A stretch of DNA of 62,296 bases from a virus (taxonomy: Duplodnaviria; Caudoviricetes), in IMG/VR virus record IMGVR_UViG_3300048894_000062, positions 1 through 62,296 of that record, one strand, 5' to 3'. The notes under the pieces are model-generated. The model searched no databases, was not told the origin of the DNA, and worked only from the letters and a program-made list of their open reading frames with translations. Position 1 is the first letter of the stretch, and each line of letters opens with the position of its first letter. This document shows positions 17,958 to 27,816 of the stretch, in pieces. The translations under genes were made by a program, and so were the position numbers.

Positions 17958-18219
17958 GCTTGTCGCGCTGGATGGCGCTCATATTGGTGATGATTTCCGC
18001 GACACCGGGCGGCAAATTAGTCATGTCCGCATCCGTGGCGAGGCGAAGCATCGTGTCGTCATCGAACGTCAGGATGGCTCCGCAGTACCAGCACATGGAC
18101 AGGTCGCCGGGGCGTGGGACAGCCCTGCCGTCATTGGTGACTTCCGTGGCTCCATCCAGTTCTTCGCCGCATGCGGGGCATGGGGTCATCTTTGTTCGAA
18201 CCTGATTCACCTGTCTCAT
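17917..18219 (-). CDS. Zinc-finger protein
   Basis: CPAC...PRPGD.SMCWYC. Confidence 0.6.
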   Translation of the reverse strand: MRQVNQVRTKMTPCPACGEELDGATEVTNDGRAVPRPGDLSMCWYCGAILTFDDDTMLRLATDADMTNLPPGVAEIITNMSAIQRDKRGRTPWDLAGSGG

Positions 18220-18638
18220 CTTGCCTCCGTTGGTATCAATAGGTCTTGAACGGCTTCCAGCACGTCCTTGCGGGCGATTCCCCAGTTCGACACGATCACA
18301 TCGACAGCCTTGTCGAACAACTGATTGAACTCGGTCTGGTCCATGGCTGTGAAGGCAATCGACTTGGCCCGGAGAATATCACCGTACTTCTTGGAGCGCA
18401 GCGTCTCGCAGTGGCCGCTTTCGATCAGCAGCAGGTCGGACACGCTCTCTGCTTCTGCCCCAACTGACTCACCGATGCGGCGGCACAGTCCCCACCAGAG
18501 ACGCAACTGATTGTTCGACCGCGAAGTTCTAATCTCTATGCTTAGGAGCTTGCCAATCGGCAGCTTGGCGAAATCCTGTACATCCTCCATCCCATCAGGG
18601 AAGATACCGTCACCCTTCCTGCGCCCGAAAAACTTCAT
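18216..18638 (-). CDS. DUF1367/NinB-like protein
   Basis: RSNNQLRLWW...KSIAF.AMDQ.EF..LF. Confidence 0.65.
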   Translation of the reverse strand: MKFFGRRKGDGIFPDGMEDVQDFAKLPIGKLLSIEIRTSRSNNQLRLWWGLCRRIGESVGAEAESVSDLLLIESGHCETLRSKKYGDILRAKSIAFTAMDQTEFNQLFDKAVDVIVSNWGIARKDVLEAVQDLLIPTEAR

Positions 18639-18641
18639 GGA

Positions 18642-18938
18642 TCAAAAGGGCACTTCGTCGCCATCGTCAGTTCGGCGCGTGGCTTGTGCCGCACGATCAG
18701 CGCGGGCTGGCATGCGAGCACCGCCGCCGCCATAGCCGCCACTCGGTCGCGGCTTCTGCTTGTCAATGCTGATCTGACAGGTGAGCTTGCCCTCGAATAA
18801 CTGGGGAAGCGGAAGGGCGTCGAGAGTCACGTAGAACCCGTCGTTGTCCCGCTTCATCTTGGCAAAGCCGATCTTGGTCGCGCGCTTGCCGTTTGGGGTG
18901 TCTCTCCATTGGTTTACATCGAAATACTCTTCGCTCAT
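18642..18938 (-). CDS. Single-stranded DNA-binding protein
   Basis: TKIG.A..LDALP core, Gly linker, acidic tip DDGDEVPF. Confidence 0.7.
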   Translation of the reverse strand: MSEEYFDVNQWRDTPNGKRATKIGFAKMKRDNDGFYVTLDALPLPQLFEGKLTCQISIDKQKPRPSGGYGGGGARMPARADRAAQATRRTDDGDEVPF

Positions 18939-19489
18939 GCGGCACCTTCCTGATCGTGAATCCACGCCCATGCTGTTTTGTGACGGATTTGCCATATCGT
19001 GTGGTAGGAAACTCCGTATTTTTTCGCGAGTTCTTTGTGCGTACCAGTAGCGAAGAAAATCTCCAGCGCCACTGCTTCGTTTAGCAGCCTGTTTGGACGT
19101 ACTTCTGAGGCTGCACGCCCTCTTGGGCGGGACTTTAAGAACTTTTTTCTGAAGGATGGTTTTTTGAAAAAAGTTCTATCTGGTGGGCTTCTCTGCCACG
19201 CATCATCTGCGTTGTCTTGATGTGTTCCAAGGTAAAGGTGATCAGGATTAACACACCACTTGTTATCGCACTGATGCAAAACGTGCTGACCTTCAGTCTC
19301 ACCCTTAAAGAAGAGCCAAGCAGCTTTATGTGCGCCTAGACGCTTGGCGAGATGCGGCACCCAGAAACGACCGTAGCCCGTGGCCTTGTCGAGTGGACGC
19401 AACCATTTCCAGCATCCGCCATCCGTTTTGGAAACGAATGCGAGAAAGTGTGCCCTAGCTTCTTCTAACGTCGCCCGGCGAAACGGCAT
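18935..19489 (-). CDS. HNH homing endonuclease with C-terminal HTH
   Basis: CWKW..GYG..AHK..VLHQCDNKWCVNPDHLYLGTHQDN. Confidence 0.9.
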   Translation of the reverse strand: MPFRRATLEEARAHFLAFVSKTDGGCWKWLRPLDKATGYGRFWVPHLAKRLGAHKAAWLFFKGETEGQHVLHQCDNKWCVNPDHLYLGTHQDNADDAWQRSPPDRTFFKKPSFRKKFLKSRPRGRAASEVRPNRLLNEAVALEIFFATGTHKELAKKYGVSYHTIWQIRHKTAWAWIHDQEGAA

Positions 19490-20248
19490 TTAGCCCAGCC
19501 TCTCATCTGCTCGCTTCAGCGCCTCAATGATCTGAGCGTGTAGTTCAGGAGAATACTGCTTCAGGCGCGCAATCTTGTCCTGAATCTCGATGCTCTCCCA
19601 AGCTTTCATTTCTTCGATGGTCCGGAAGCCGTTGATGGCCGTCAGTGCTTTCTGTCCGAAAGCGATAGCTGCATCCTTGGCCTTGTCTGCCTGAGCAACA
19701 CGGCCTGCTTCGGCTGGCTTGGTAGCCTTCGGAGCCTGCTGCTTGTCAGTTGTCTGAACCTGCGCATCGTCACCCTCGAACTCCTCGCGTAGAGCGTTGA
19801 CGTATTTGTTGTCGTCATAGAGCCCCATGTGAACATCCGCGCCGATACCCAGCAGCACGGCGCACTTGGAAATGCAGTCCGTGATCGACTTCTTGGGGGC
19901 CTCTTCGTCGGTGTAGACCCCGTACTTGTTGGAGCCGACCAGCATGGTCTGTCCGAACTGCGGGGACGTATCGTACCACTGACCATCCATGCAGTAGGTG
20001 AGATGGCCACGGACGATGTGGAGCTTGGCCCGGTCCAGATCACTGATGAAGTGACCATCTTCCACACGCTCGTCTTCGAGCACGAACTTCCAGCCGCGTC
20101 CGCAGGGGCCGAACTTCTCCGTCAGTCGCTTCAGAATCCATGTGCCGTTGATGGCTGTGCCGGAAAACCCAGCCTTGCCACTGAACTGCTTGGTGTGATT
20201 CGGGTCGGTCTTTTCGAACTCGGACCAGAGTGAAAGATTATTGCTCAT
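19490..20248 (-). CDS. Rad52/Sak-like single-strand annealing recombinase
   Basis: LTEKFGPCGRGW...DEEAPKKSITD.ISK....LGIGADV. Confidence 0.75.
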   Translation of the reverse strand: MSNNLSLWSEFEKTDPNHTKQFSGKAGFSGTAINGTWILKRLTEKFGPCGRGWKFVLEDERVEDGHFISDLDRAKLHIVRGHLTYCMDGQWYDTSPQFGQTMLVGSNKYGVYTDEEAPKKSITDCISKCAVLLGIGADVHMGLYDDNKYVNALREEFEGDDAQVQTTDKQQAPKATKPAEAGRVAQADKAKDAAIAFGQKALTAINGFRTIEEMKAWESIEIQDKIARLKQYSPELHAQIIEALKRADERLG

Positions 20249-20250
20249 TG

Positions 20251-21051
20251 TTATTTTATTTCCTTAATGGCCAGCGATCCCGCCCGGTTCCGGGTAATTT
20301 CAATACCAGCGCCGTAGCAGCGCCTATCTGCGGCCCCCACAAGCGATTTCAGGGCCTTTTCGTGCCCGACATAGGCCGTATGACTGGCCCGCGTCTGGAG
20401 CCACCCAGCGGCCTCTACGGCCCATGAGTTTTGGCCGGTCATATCCCGCTCAGCCATATCTTCCAATGGGACCGGAGTAACCACTTTGGGTAGCTCGCGT
20501 GGCGGTTTGCCAGTTTGGACGCACTCCCAGAATTGGCGCTCTAAATCCACAAGAGCCTCGCTGTAGAACGGGTCAAGCTCAAGGGGCCGAATCACATGCT
20601 CTTGGGTGCCTTTAATGATGGATAGGTCGCAGTGTTTCGCGCCCGTGATCAGCATGGCGTGGGTGCATTGTGGCAGGTATTTCTGGACACACTCGGGGAT
20701 GTTTGTGAAGGCGTTTACATGCTTGCCCTCAACGACTACGGCCCCGCGTTTTGGGCAGTAGGCCATTCCATCTAGAGTGGCTCGCATGAACTGATGCTCA
20801 GGATGGGTGAGCATTTTCCCCCGGCCAAGAACTCCTAGGCCGGTCACATGCTCATAGAAGTTCAGGTTCAATTCCTCTGTGGCAATGCCAATCTGGACCG
20901 GCAATACCCACGATAGGTCTTCGGCCTCCCCTTCGCCGCGCTTCTCTCGCCACAGGCTGAGAATGGCCTCATCGTCCCCAGCAACGAGAATGTTGGCATC
21001 GGAAGCCCCGATCCCCTTGCGGCGCTCTAAATGCCACTCGACTGATTTCAT
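20251..21051 (-). CDS. YqaJ/lambda-exonuclease-like nuclease
   Basis: W..RRKGIGASDA..G...E..RATLDG..EGK..Y.PQ. Confidence 0.85.
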   Translation of the reverse strand: MKSVEWHLERRKGIGASDANILVAGDDEAILSLWREKRGEGEAEDLSWVLPVQIGIATEELNLNFYEHVTGLGVLGRGKMLTHPEHQFMRATLDGMAYCPKRGAVVVEGKHVNAFTNIPECVQKYLPQCTHAMLITGAKHCDLSIIKGTQEHVIRPLELDPFYSEALVDLERQFWECVQTGKPPRELPKVVTPVPLEDMAERDMTGQNSWAVEAAGWLQTRASHTAYVGHEKALKSLVGAADRRCYGAGIEITRNRAGSLAIKEIK

Positions 21052-21308
21052 GGGATGTGCTTCCAAGTAACACGGCGAACCACTTGGCTAACCGCCATTG
21101 GCGATACGCCATACTTGGCGCACAGGTCTTTCTGTAGCGTCCCTGTCGAAACTGCTTGGCGTATTTCGATCACCGCTTCTTCAGTTAGCTTTACGCCATT
21201 CGCCTCTGACCCGCGCGGGCTTCGTGACCGTCCCTTTGCGGCACAATCGCGGTTATTGTCGCCCTTGGTCCCAGAAAATAGATGAGTGGGATTCACGCAT
21301 GGTGGCAT
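21048..21308 (-). pseudogene. N-terminally truncated HNH homing endonuclease
   Basis: Begins at PPCVNPTHLFSGTKGDN; lacks the upstream catalytic His segment; HTH retained. Confidence 0.65.
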
Positions 21309-21423
21309 CAGAGAAAGCTCCCCGCCACAATAAACGCCAGCGCCCAGACGGCGATGGAAACCATCAGCATAGCGATAACAACGCTACGGGCAGTCCATTC
21401 TCCGGGGCCGAAGTCGTGGAGCA

Positions 21424-21840
21424 TCAGTGGACGAAGTGCGCGGCAAATTGCGCGTTGGTATGAGCCAGTCTCGGGCGTTCCTCGCGAGCCCGCCACCAGT
21501 TGAACGCAGCGTGGAATAGCCGCTGCTGAAGGAAATGGAAGCGATGCCTGTTGGAAGAGCAGGAGCACTCCGTTGTGTCCCACAGGCCGTAGTAGCCCTT
21601 ACCGCTTCCAACCCAGAACTGATGCTGGCTGGGAATGTGGGTGATCGTGTGATAGTTGAGTGTATTATCCCCGTACTGAGTCCACTTCCACTCTTCTGGG
21701 TGGGCGTAGAGTGACCAGCACACGGGCTGAGCGTCCAGCCGGTCTGGCTTCAGATACCATGGCCGCTTGAATGTCGGCAGGCACGGCTTCTCCACGATCT
21801 CGGCATCGACAAAGCGATCCATTCCAACGATGGCGTTCAT
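21424..21840 (-). CDS. Hypothetical protein
   Basis: GGAGAG RBS; coupled to neighbours. Confidence 0.55.
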   Translation of the reverse strand: MNAIVGMDRFVDAEIVEKPCLPTFKRPWYLKPDRLDAQPVCWSLYAHPEEWKWTQYGDNTLNYHTITHIPSQHQFWVGSGKGYYGLWDTTECSCSSNRHRFHFLQQRLFHAAFNWWRAREERPRLAHTNAQFAAHFVH

Positions 21841-22311
21841 TGTGCTCTCCGCATAGGAACCACGCTCACAGTCTTGGCTCTTGCTGCCTTGTACTTTCTC
21901 ATGTGCGCCACCAGACTCACGCGCGGCGCATCCAGATCAACGGAGCCTTCGAACTCGCGCGCCAAGCAAATGGCATGCGCGTCCTTCGCGGTGAGGCCAT
22001 TCATGACGATGGTTCTGGGACCAAGCTCGGTCTGGAAGCGAAGGGTGAGTCTCATTATTTTCCTCCGGCCCTTTCTATGGAAAGCGGGAACTACTTGCTG
22101 CTGTAGATGCGAGCAGCATCTTCCGCCGTCTTGCAAGTGTGCTCGGTGTGCTTCGTCTTGATCCGGTAAACGTCCGTCTCCGGGTTGAAGTACAGCTTCT
22201 TGTAGTCGCCATCCGACGAGGCGCTGGCGATCAGGTGGTCCCGCATCACGACCTCCTGCACGGCAGCTTTCACGGATGGCGCGTCAAGTCTGTGCGGTTC
22301 CATATCGGCCT

Positions 22312-22590
22312 CTATCGTGAGTTTCGGGATTTCAGTCTCGCCACCTGTGCCTTGAGCTTCTTCAGCTTGGTTCGGCACTGATACAGGGACGCGACGGTGG
22401 ACAACAGCGACCCGGCTACATGCTCGGGTTCTTCCTCGATCATGGGGTAACGTTTACGCCGTGCCAGAAACTCCCCGATCATCTGGACATGCCGCGACGC
22501 TGGGCAGGTGTTGACCGGAAAATCGCGCGCCCGCAGTGCACGGCGATACTCGCGCTTAGCATATTTGTCAGTGATCGCGGGCATCGGCAC
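22312..22590 (-). CDS. Hypothetical protein
   Basis: First gene of the leftward operon; GAGG RBS. Confidence 0.45.
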   Translation of the reverse strand: MPMPAITDKYAKREYRRALRARDFPVNTCPASRHVQMIGEFLARRKRYPMIEEEPEHVAGSLLSTVASLYQCRTKLKKLKAQVARLKSRNSR

Positions 22591-22683
22591 GGCTTTGGGC
22601 CTCTATTTTGACCGCAGAACCGCGATCACCTCTTGTAAACTATTCCTTTTGACGCCAGTTACAATAGGGTATAGAAAATTTCT

Positions 22684-23205
22684 ATGACCACCAAGGCGCT
22701 GCCTATTAGAATTGCTCGCGGATTTGCTCGGGATGAGAAAGATGAACGCCGATTGCGAGCCAATGGTGTCCGCACAATTTTTCGGGCTGACAAAGGAGAG
22801 CCGCTTGCGCGGATCACAATGCGGCAGGGTGAATATCTTGGTGTTGTGGACGGGCTTAAGGCTTTGGCAGACCATCGTGCCATCATCGCTAAGGAAGTGA
22901 AGCGGTTGCATGATATGGGCGCTACCGTGATCGACGTTGAGACGGGATTACAGAGCCGAACTGACGGGGTAGAAATGCTGCGTTTGGCTTTGGCCCCAAA
23001 GGGAATTTCCCGAGAAAGGGCCGCTGAATTTCAGGCGCAGTCCGTCAAAAGTCGCCTAGATGATGGCCGCATGGATGAGCGCCGAGCGAAGGCACTCTGG
23101 CATGATGATCGTTACAAAATTACAGAGTTTGAAGAAGTAACTGGCTGGCCCCGGTCAACAGCCTACGTAAAATGGGGCACTCGTTTCAAACTGAAATTCA
23201 AATAA
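22684..23205 (+). CDS. Degenerate resolvase-like protein with C-terminal HTH
   Basis: ARGFARD..L.ANGV..IF..MRQGE.L.V..L..LA..V..L...GA.VIDV pattern; C-terminal GWPRSTAY; no catalytic Ser. Confidence 0.5.
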   Translation: MTTKALPIRIARGFARDEKDERRLRANGVRTIFRADKGEPLARITMRQGEYLGVVDGLKALADHRAIIAKEVKRLHDMGATVIDVETGLQSRTDGVEMLRLALAPKGISRERAAEFQAQSVKSRLDDGRMDERRAKALWHDDRYKITEFEEVTGWPRSTAYVKWGTRFKLKFK

Positions 23206-23216
23206 GCGGAGGCCCT

Positions 23217-23441
23217 GTGACGCCGACGATCAGCCTGGAGTTCGACTCTCTCCGAATTTACTTCGGGGACACGCTGCATCTGCACGTCAAGCGGTCGAAG
23301 CTTCTGGGCGTCCAGTCGTGGCGCTATGGCGAGAACAACTACAGCATCGAATACACGATGGATGGCAACAACATCCTGACCGAGTATGACGACAAGGAAA
23401 AGTTCGAGGCGATCCTGAGACGGCTTGACGAGATTCTATAA
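23217..23441 (+). CDS. Hypothetical protein
   Basis: GGAGG RBS before GTG. Confidence 0.55.
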   Translation: MTPTISLEFDSLRIYFGDTLHLHVKRSKLLGVQSWRYGENNYSIEYTMDGNNILTEYDDKEKFEAILRRLDEIL

Positions 23442-23455
23442 CAAGGGAGTTTTTT

Positions 23456-23758
23456 ATGCGCCTTGAGACACCGGCAAGCTCGCTTACACGCTGCATGAAC
23501 TTCGTCGGGCAATATCTCGACGCTCCGAACGACGCGGATATTGAGTTCCGAACGGGCACTACTGAGTCCGGAGAGGCGGCTGTCGCTGTGAGCGTTGGGG
23601 GCAAGATGCATGGGTTCACCGCCAAAGAGGCGCGTATCGTTGCCGAGATCATGGAGAGTGCGCTGAACGCGCACCCGAACGAGCCTGACGCGAAGGGTCT
23701 GCCGAACGCGATCATGGGCCTGAGAATGGCGGCCGATGCTGCCGAGAAACAGAGCTAA
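23456..23758 (+). CDS. Hypothetical protein
   Basis: GGGAG RBS. Confidence 0.55.
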   Translation: MRLETPASSLTRCMNFVGQYLDAPNDADIEFRTGTTESGEAAVAVSVGGKMHGFTAKEARIVAEIMESALNAHPNEPDAKGLPNAIMGLRMAADAAEKQS

Positions 23759-23765
23759 GGGAGTC

Positions 23766-24161
23766 TCAGTTCTTCGACTGATACATCTTCGCTACGTGAT
23801 AGCTGCAATAGGCTGCTATGCCGACCGTCTCATGACCGCAGAACTGGAAGTCTTGGCCGCGTGGGTCGCCGTTGATCCATCTGCACTGATTGCGACTGAC
23901 GGGCCATTCGCCGGGAGCAAGAAGTGGCTCGGGAGCCGGATCAGGCCTCTTCATCGGGACCACCTTGCGCGGCTTGCGCGATGATGTGGTAGCCCGCACG
24001 CTGCGCTCTGGCCGCTTTCCCAGCCGGTGGATTTTCCCGGCAATAACATTGCGCGTCGTATTCATCAGGCGGGATATTTCCGAGTAGGTACGGCCTTGGA
24101 GAAGGTGACTCCGCAGTGTTTCAATGCGGTCGTCGCTCCAGAGTTCCCCTGACATTTTCAT
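23766..24161 (-). CDS. gcrA: GcrA family cell-cycle regulator
   Basis: WSDDRIETL..G....EI..TRNVIAGKIHRLG and CRW..GDP....F.FCG......YC..H. Confidence 0.9.
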   Translation of the reverse strand: MKMSGELWSDDRIETLRSHLLQGRTYSEISRLMNTTRNVIAGKIHRLGKRPERSVRATTSSRKPRKVVPMKRPDPAPEPLLAPGEWPVSRNQCRWINGDPRGQDFQFCGHETVGIAAYCSYHVAKMYQSKN

Positions 24162-24472
24162 ACCTCCCTGTGATCAAGCTCGGGATGAAGGGCCAGAAGC
24201 AACTTGCGCTTTATGACGTATTCCTTGGTCTTGAAGCCCTTACTGTCCTCAACCACACGATTGCCAGTGTTATCGAGATAGGCAAAGTCCCCGCGATACT
24301 CGCAGACCTTTTTGCCATTCACGATCAGCGGGAATCGGGGCTGAAGCTCCAAGCCGTGGATTTCCTTGGCCCTGAGCAACAGCTTCAGTTCTGAGTAACG
24401 CTTGGCCTCTCGTTGGCTGGGAAATTTTATGCCATCGAGAACGGTGGCTTTGGCCTTGTACTTATGAGCCAT
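24158..24472 (-). CDS. DUF1064 family nuclease-like protein
   Basis: HKYKAK.T..DGI.F.S..EA.RY..LELQP.F..Y.GDF.Y..VVED.KG. Confidence 0.85.
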   Translation of the reverse strand: MAHKYKAKATVLDGIKFPSQREAKRYSELKLLLRAKEIHGLELQPRFPLIVNGKKVCEYRGDFAYLDNTGNRVVEDSKGFKTKEYVIKRKLLLALHPELDHREV

Positions 24473-24628
24473 TTATAGCTCGATGAGTTGACCATCCATC
24501 TCGGAGCCTGCGCCGAATTAATTTTTCTGGGAGGCCGCTTATGACGGCCATTTCCATGATGGGGTGCCCCTCGCCAAAATCATATTTCTCAAGAGCCTCT
24601 ATGAAGAGAGCCCCGATAGTGGTTCCGA

Positions 24629-24832
24629 TCATCCGCGCCCCCATAAGTCAGGACGCAGTTCGCTTAACTTAAGCTTTCCCTTGGTGGCCTTCACGATTGG
24701 GCGGCAATATTGCGCCGGAATCGCTTTTTTCCAGTAGTACAATGATGGTCTTGGTGCCCCGATAGCGGCGGCGAGCGCGGCTACATTGCCATCGAATGCG
24801 ATATCAGCGGCGCGGCGAACGATATTCAGCAT
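24629..24832 (-). CDS. Cro/YdaS-like HTH regulator
   Basis: AALAAAIG..W..IP..C..I..AT.G.....ELRPDLW. Confidence 0.8.
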   Translation of the reverse strand: MLNIVRRAADIAFDGNVAALAAAIGAPRPSLYYWKKAIPAQYCRPIVKATKGKLKLSELRPDLWGRG

Positions 24833-25211
24833 GCTCAGTGTGTAACAAGACTTGACGCCGAGAGCAAGGTTTACTACCTTCCTTGCCAACAGGAGAGTGG
24901 ACCATGGATTTGAGCATTCACCCGCGTAACTGGAAGCCCTCCATCTTGGGGCGCGAGAAGCAGAACACTTGTGCGCCAATGCGGACAGGGAAAAAGCTCA
25001 AGGCGCTCAAGAGGCTGGAGGCCCGCCGTCACGCTCGGGACTTATCGTGCGAGAACGCCAAGCGGCACGCCAACAAGAACATCGACTGGGAACTCTGCTG
25101 GAAGAAACCCGGCAGCATGAAACCTTAATTCGCGGGGCTGAGAAGCTTTGCGAGCCCCGGTGGCGGCACTCGCCCTCTCCGCTGTCACCGGGGCACTTAA
25201 TGGAGGAACTG

Positions 25212-25592
25212 ATGGGCCAGAAGCTAGACCCCAACACCAAGACGATCTTGCAGAAGGCGCGCGATTTTCTCGCCACTAGTCCCGATAATTGGTGCCAGAA
25301 TGCGTTAGCCAATTATCGGGGCGCTCACTGCGCTATCGGCGCTATCAGCAAGTTTCAAGAAACACCGATTGTTCATTCCTCTGCTTACGGCGAACCGGTC
25401 GTAGAGGCTCTGGCGGCGGCTGTTCCCAACTGTTGGCGCGAAACCATGCGCCTGAGGGGGGAGCGGGGTTCGGCCCCGGGCCTGCCAGTCTTTTCCTTCA
25501 ACGACGAACCGGGCCGTACCCGCGAGGACGTGATCGCCCTCTTCGACTACGCCATTCGCGGCGAGAAAATGCCATCTCCGGAGGACAACTGA
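25212..25592 (+). CDS. DUF6197-like protein (paralogue 1)
   Basis: IL.KAR..W.Q..CAIGAI..FND.PGRT.EDVIALFD.A. Confidence 0.65.
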   Translation: MGQKLDPNTKTILQKARDFLATSPDNWCQNALANYRGAHCAIGAISKFQETPIVHSSAYGEPVVEALAAAVPNCWRETMRLRGERGSAPGLPVFSFNDEPGRTREDVIALFDYAIRGEKMPSPEDN

Positions 25593-25780
25593 TGAGCGTC
25601 ACCGTGGAACGTGTGATGCCAAAATCCGGGGATTCCAAGGAAATCCTCACCGAAAAGCTCCACATCGCAATCCGGCGACTGGAAGAAGTCGAGGACTATT
25701 ATTTCAAGTGGATCACGTTCACTCGCGCCCTCGATGACCACATCGACAGCCGGATTCGTGAATCCAAGGAGGACAACTGA
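25592..25780 (+). CDS. Hypothetical protein
   Basis: GGAGG RBS, TGATG coupling. Confidence 0.5.
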   Translation: MSVTVERVMPKSGDSKEILTEKLHIAIRRLEEVEDYYFKWITFTRALDDHIDSRIRESKEDN

Positions 25781-26196
25781 TGGACAAGAAAGTCCGGCCT
25801 GACATGAAGGCCGATGTGCTGCTGAAGATTGCCGACATGCTGGAAAACGATCCGGACGTGAAGGCTGAGTTCAACCTGAAAGTCTGGGGAGTGCGTGACC
25901 CGCACCCCGGCTGCGGCTTTGTCGGCTGCGCCATCGGCTGGGCAGTCCACAAGGGGATAATCCCAGAGCTTGAAGAGGTGGAAAATCCTTACAAGCCCAT
26001 GACCGGCTCAGTGATGCCGCGTCTTCGGGGAACTGACCGGGGTCTGTACGAAGCCTTCATATCGGTTGGTGATGCGCTTGGGCTTACCTCTGTCGATGCC
26101 GAACGGCTGTTCAATCCGAACAGCTATAGCGCAGCCAACGTGAGCCCCGATGAAGTCGCCTGCCGGATCAGGACCATGGTGGCTGGTGATGACTGA
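25780..26196 (+). CDS. Hypothetical CAIG-motif protein
   Basis: LLKIAD.LE..FNL..W..CGFVGCAIGWA. Confidence 0.6.
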   Translation: MDKKVRPDMKADVLLKIADMLENDPDVKAEFNLKVWGVRDPHPGCGFVGCAIGWAVHKGIIPELEEVENPYKPMTGSVMPRLRGTDRGLYEAFISVGDALGLTSVDAERLFNPNSYSAANVSPDEVACRIRTMVAGDD

Positions 26197-26554
26197 GCGA
26201 ATCATCTCCCGGCAAGAGGCCGAGGAATACAACGCCAGCGAGATTGAGGCGCTGCGCAGGGACTTCAAGACTGACACTGCCGCCTTGGCAGGGGCCGATC
26301 TGATGGCCGTGATTGTCGGCCCTTGGCAGGATTGGTGCTTCAGCCACAAAAGCCGGGACATGCTGGAAGCCGCCCCTCAGGTGTTCGCGTCCATGCTCTC
26401 CGAACTCGTTCACAACTCTGTCGATAAGGACAAGGTGAAGCTGGTACTTCGCCTTATAGGTCGGGTCATGGATGAGTGCATGGCCAAGCTGGCCGAGAGC
26501 GCCGATGAGATTGATTCTGCCTCAACTGTTGTGATCAGGAAGAACAATGGCTGA
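26189..26554 (+). CDS. Hypothetical protein
   Basis: Overlaps both neighbours. Confidence 0.5.
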   Translation: MTERIISRQEAEEYNASEIEALRRDFKTDTAALAGADLMAVIVGPWQDWCFSHKSRDMLEAAPQVFASMLSELVHNSVDKDKVKLVLRLIGRVMDECMAKLAESADEIDSASTVVIRKNNG

Positions 26555-26855
26555 CCACAAATGGCCGCCTGAAGCGGTGAAAAGGGTAGGCGCTGAGATA
26601 AGCCTCGCGCTGGCTGAGACATGGCTGGCCCCTCTCACTGACGAAGAAGCCGCTTTTGTCGGTAGCCGCGCCCTTACCGCCGCCATGGACCTAGACGACC
26701 GGCCAACGGCTTTTGCCATGAGGCTGGGCTACGTCATGGGCGGGCTCATCAGTCCGGATATCAAGGACGACCTGATTCTCAAGGGTGTCACTCAGGATCA
26801 GATTGATGAAGCTTCTAGGGCTTTGTCAGTGATCAGTGGAGCTTTCTACAGATGA
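26547..26855 (+). CDS. Hypothetical protein
   Basis: AGGA RBS, overlap. Confidence 0.5.
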   Translation: MADHKWPPEAVKRVGAEISLALAETWLAPLTDEEAAFVGSRALTAAMDLDDRPTAFAMRLGYVMGGLISPDIKDDLILKGVTQDQIDEASRALSVISGAFYR

Positions 26856-26870
26856 GCTACGGAGGATAGC

Positions 26871-27164
26871 ATGGCATTGTCGAATTTCAGAAGAGAACCG
26901 CGCCGGGAACTTACGGAATCGGCCATCGGAATTGGGTTCACTATTGTATGGCTCTCTGCCGATTATTTCATTTCTAGTCGGCTGTACCATCCTGTTCCCA
27001 AGAATTTTGACTGGCCTATTCTCATGTTCGTCATGATCCTTGTTGGCATGGGTGCGCCGTTTCTCGCCTATCTCCTTCTGCATCTCACCCATGCGGTCGG
27101 AGAGGTGGTCTGTGGCTGGCTCAAGGCCGTCAATCTCGATCCGAGGCCGAAGCAGCGGTACTGA
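26871..27164 (+). CDS. Two-TM membrane protein
   Basis: GGAGG RBS; hydrophobic segments. Confidence 0.55.
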   Translation: MALSNFRREPRRELTESAIGIGFTIVWLSADYFISSRLYHPVPKNFDWPILMFVMILVGMGAPFLAYLLLHLTHAVGEVVCGWLKAVNLDPRPKQRY

Positions 27165-27456
27165 CTGCCGACCGCTCAATCAGGCTTTTCATCTGTTCGA
27201 TATGCTTTCTAGATAGCCGGAACCATTCTCCGCGTCGCCTCTGAGCATGGAAGATTTTGTGCGCCAACTTCTCCACTTGCCGGGCGTGGTTGTTGGACTG
27301 ACACTTCACGACCCCCATCAGTTTGAGCTTTACGGGGCTGCCGACTTGTAATTCTGCCAGCCGCTCCTTCGGGTGCTGGGAAGAACCGATTTTGATGCGC
27401 TTCAGTTCGTGCTCGCCAAACGCTTCGATGAAGTAAACGTACATCAATTTCCCCAT
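27130..27456 (-). CDS. GIY-YIG (T5orf172/MUG113-like) nuclease-domain protein
   Basis: YVYFIE..IKIG.S..P..RL..LQ.GSP..E...H..F..R.RGEWF. Confidence 0.85.
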   Translation of the reverse strand: MGKLMYVYFIEAFGEHELKRIKIGSSQHPKERLAELQVGSPVKLKLMGVVKCQSNNHARQVEKLAHKIFHAQRRRGEWFRLSRKHIEQMKSLIERSAVSTAASASDRD

Positions 27457-27781
27457 ACCTATGGATTTTCTGCCTGCCGGATTACCGCCCGGTCAGAGGC
27501 CGCCTGATGGCCTAGGAGACAAATTTTCGTCCCCCGCATACTCATTTTATTTGGGCTCTTCACCCCGGCGCTGTTCCCGTATCGCCGTCACCATCTGAGG
27601 GCTTTACCGGCCCCTCACGCCTTCTGGGTACACAGGCTGTGGTTCTCCCCAGACGACTCCGTCACCGCTTTGAGTACCGTATAGGCCGACCGTTCCGTCC
27701 CCGGAGCGCGGTCATTTTCACCCCGTTGAGGACGGGATCAGCCGTTGGAGGCCCACTGACGAAAGGTTCGGCTGGTAGCGG

Positions 27782-27810
27782 TTGCGCTGGAACGGTTTAT
27801 CCACTATATC
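27782..27810 (+). promoter_or_regulatory. Sigma70-like promoter for a counter-transcript, with a DnaA-box-like site in the spacer
   Basis: TTGCGC-N17-TATATC; TTATCCACT at 27797-27805. Confidence 0.5.
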
Positions 27811-27816
27811 CGTTCA

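Noticed and set aside
22684-23205. Active serine integrase/invertase
   Set aside because: Catalytic Ser motif absent; no recombinase domain or flanking inverted sites seen
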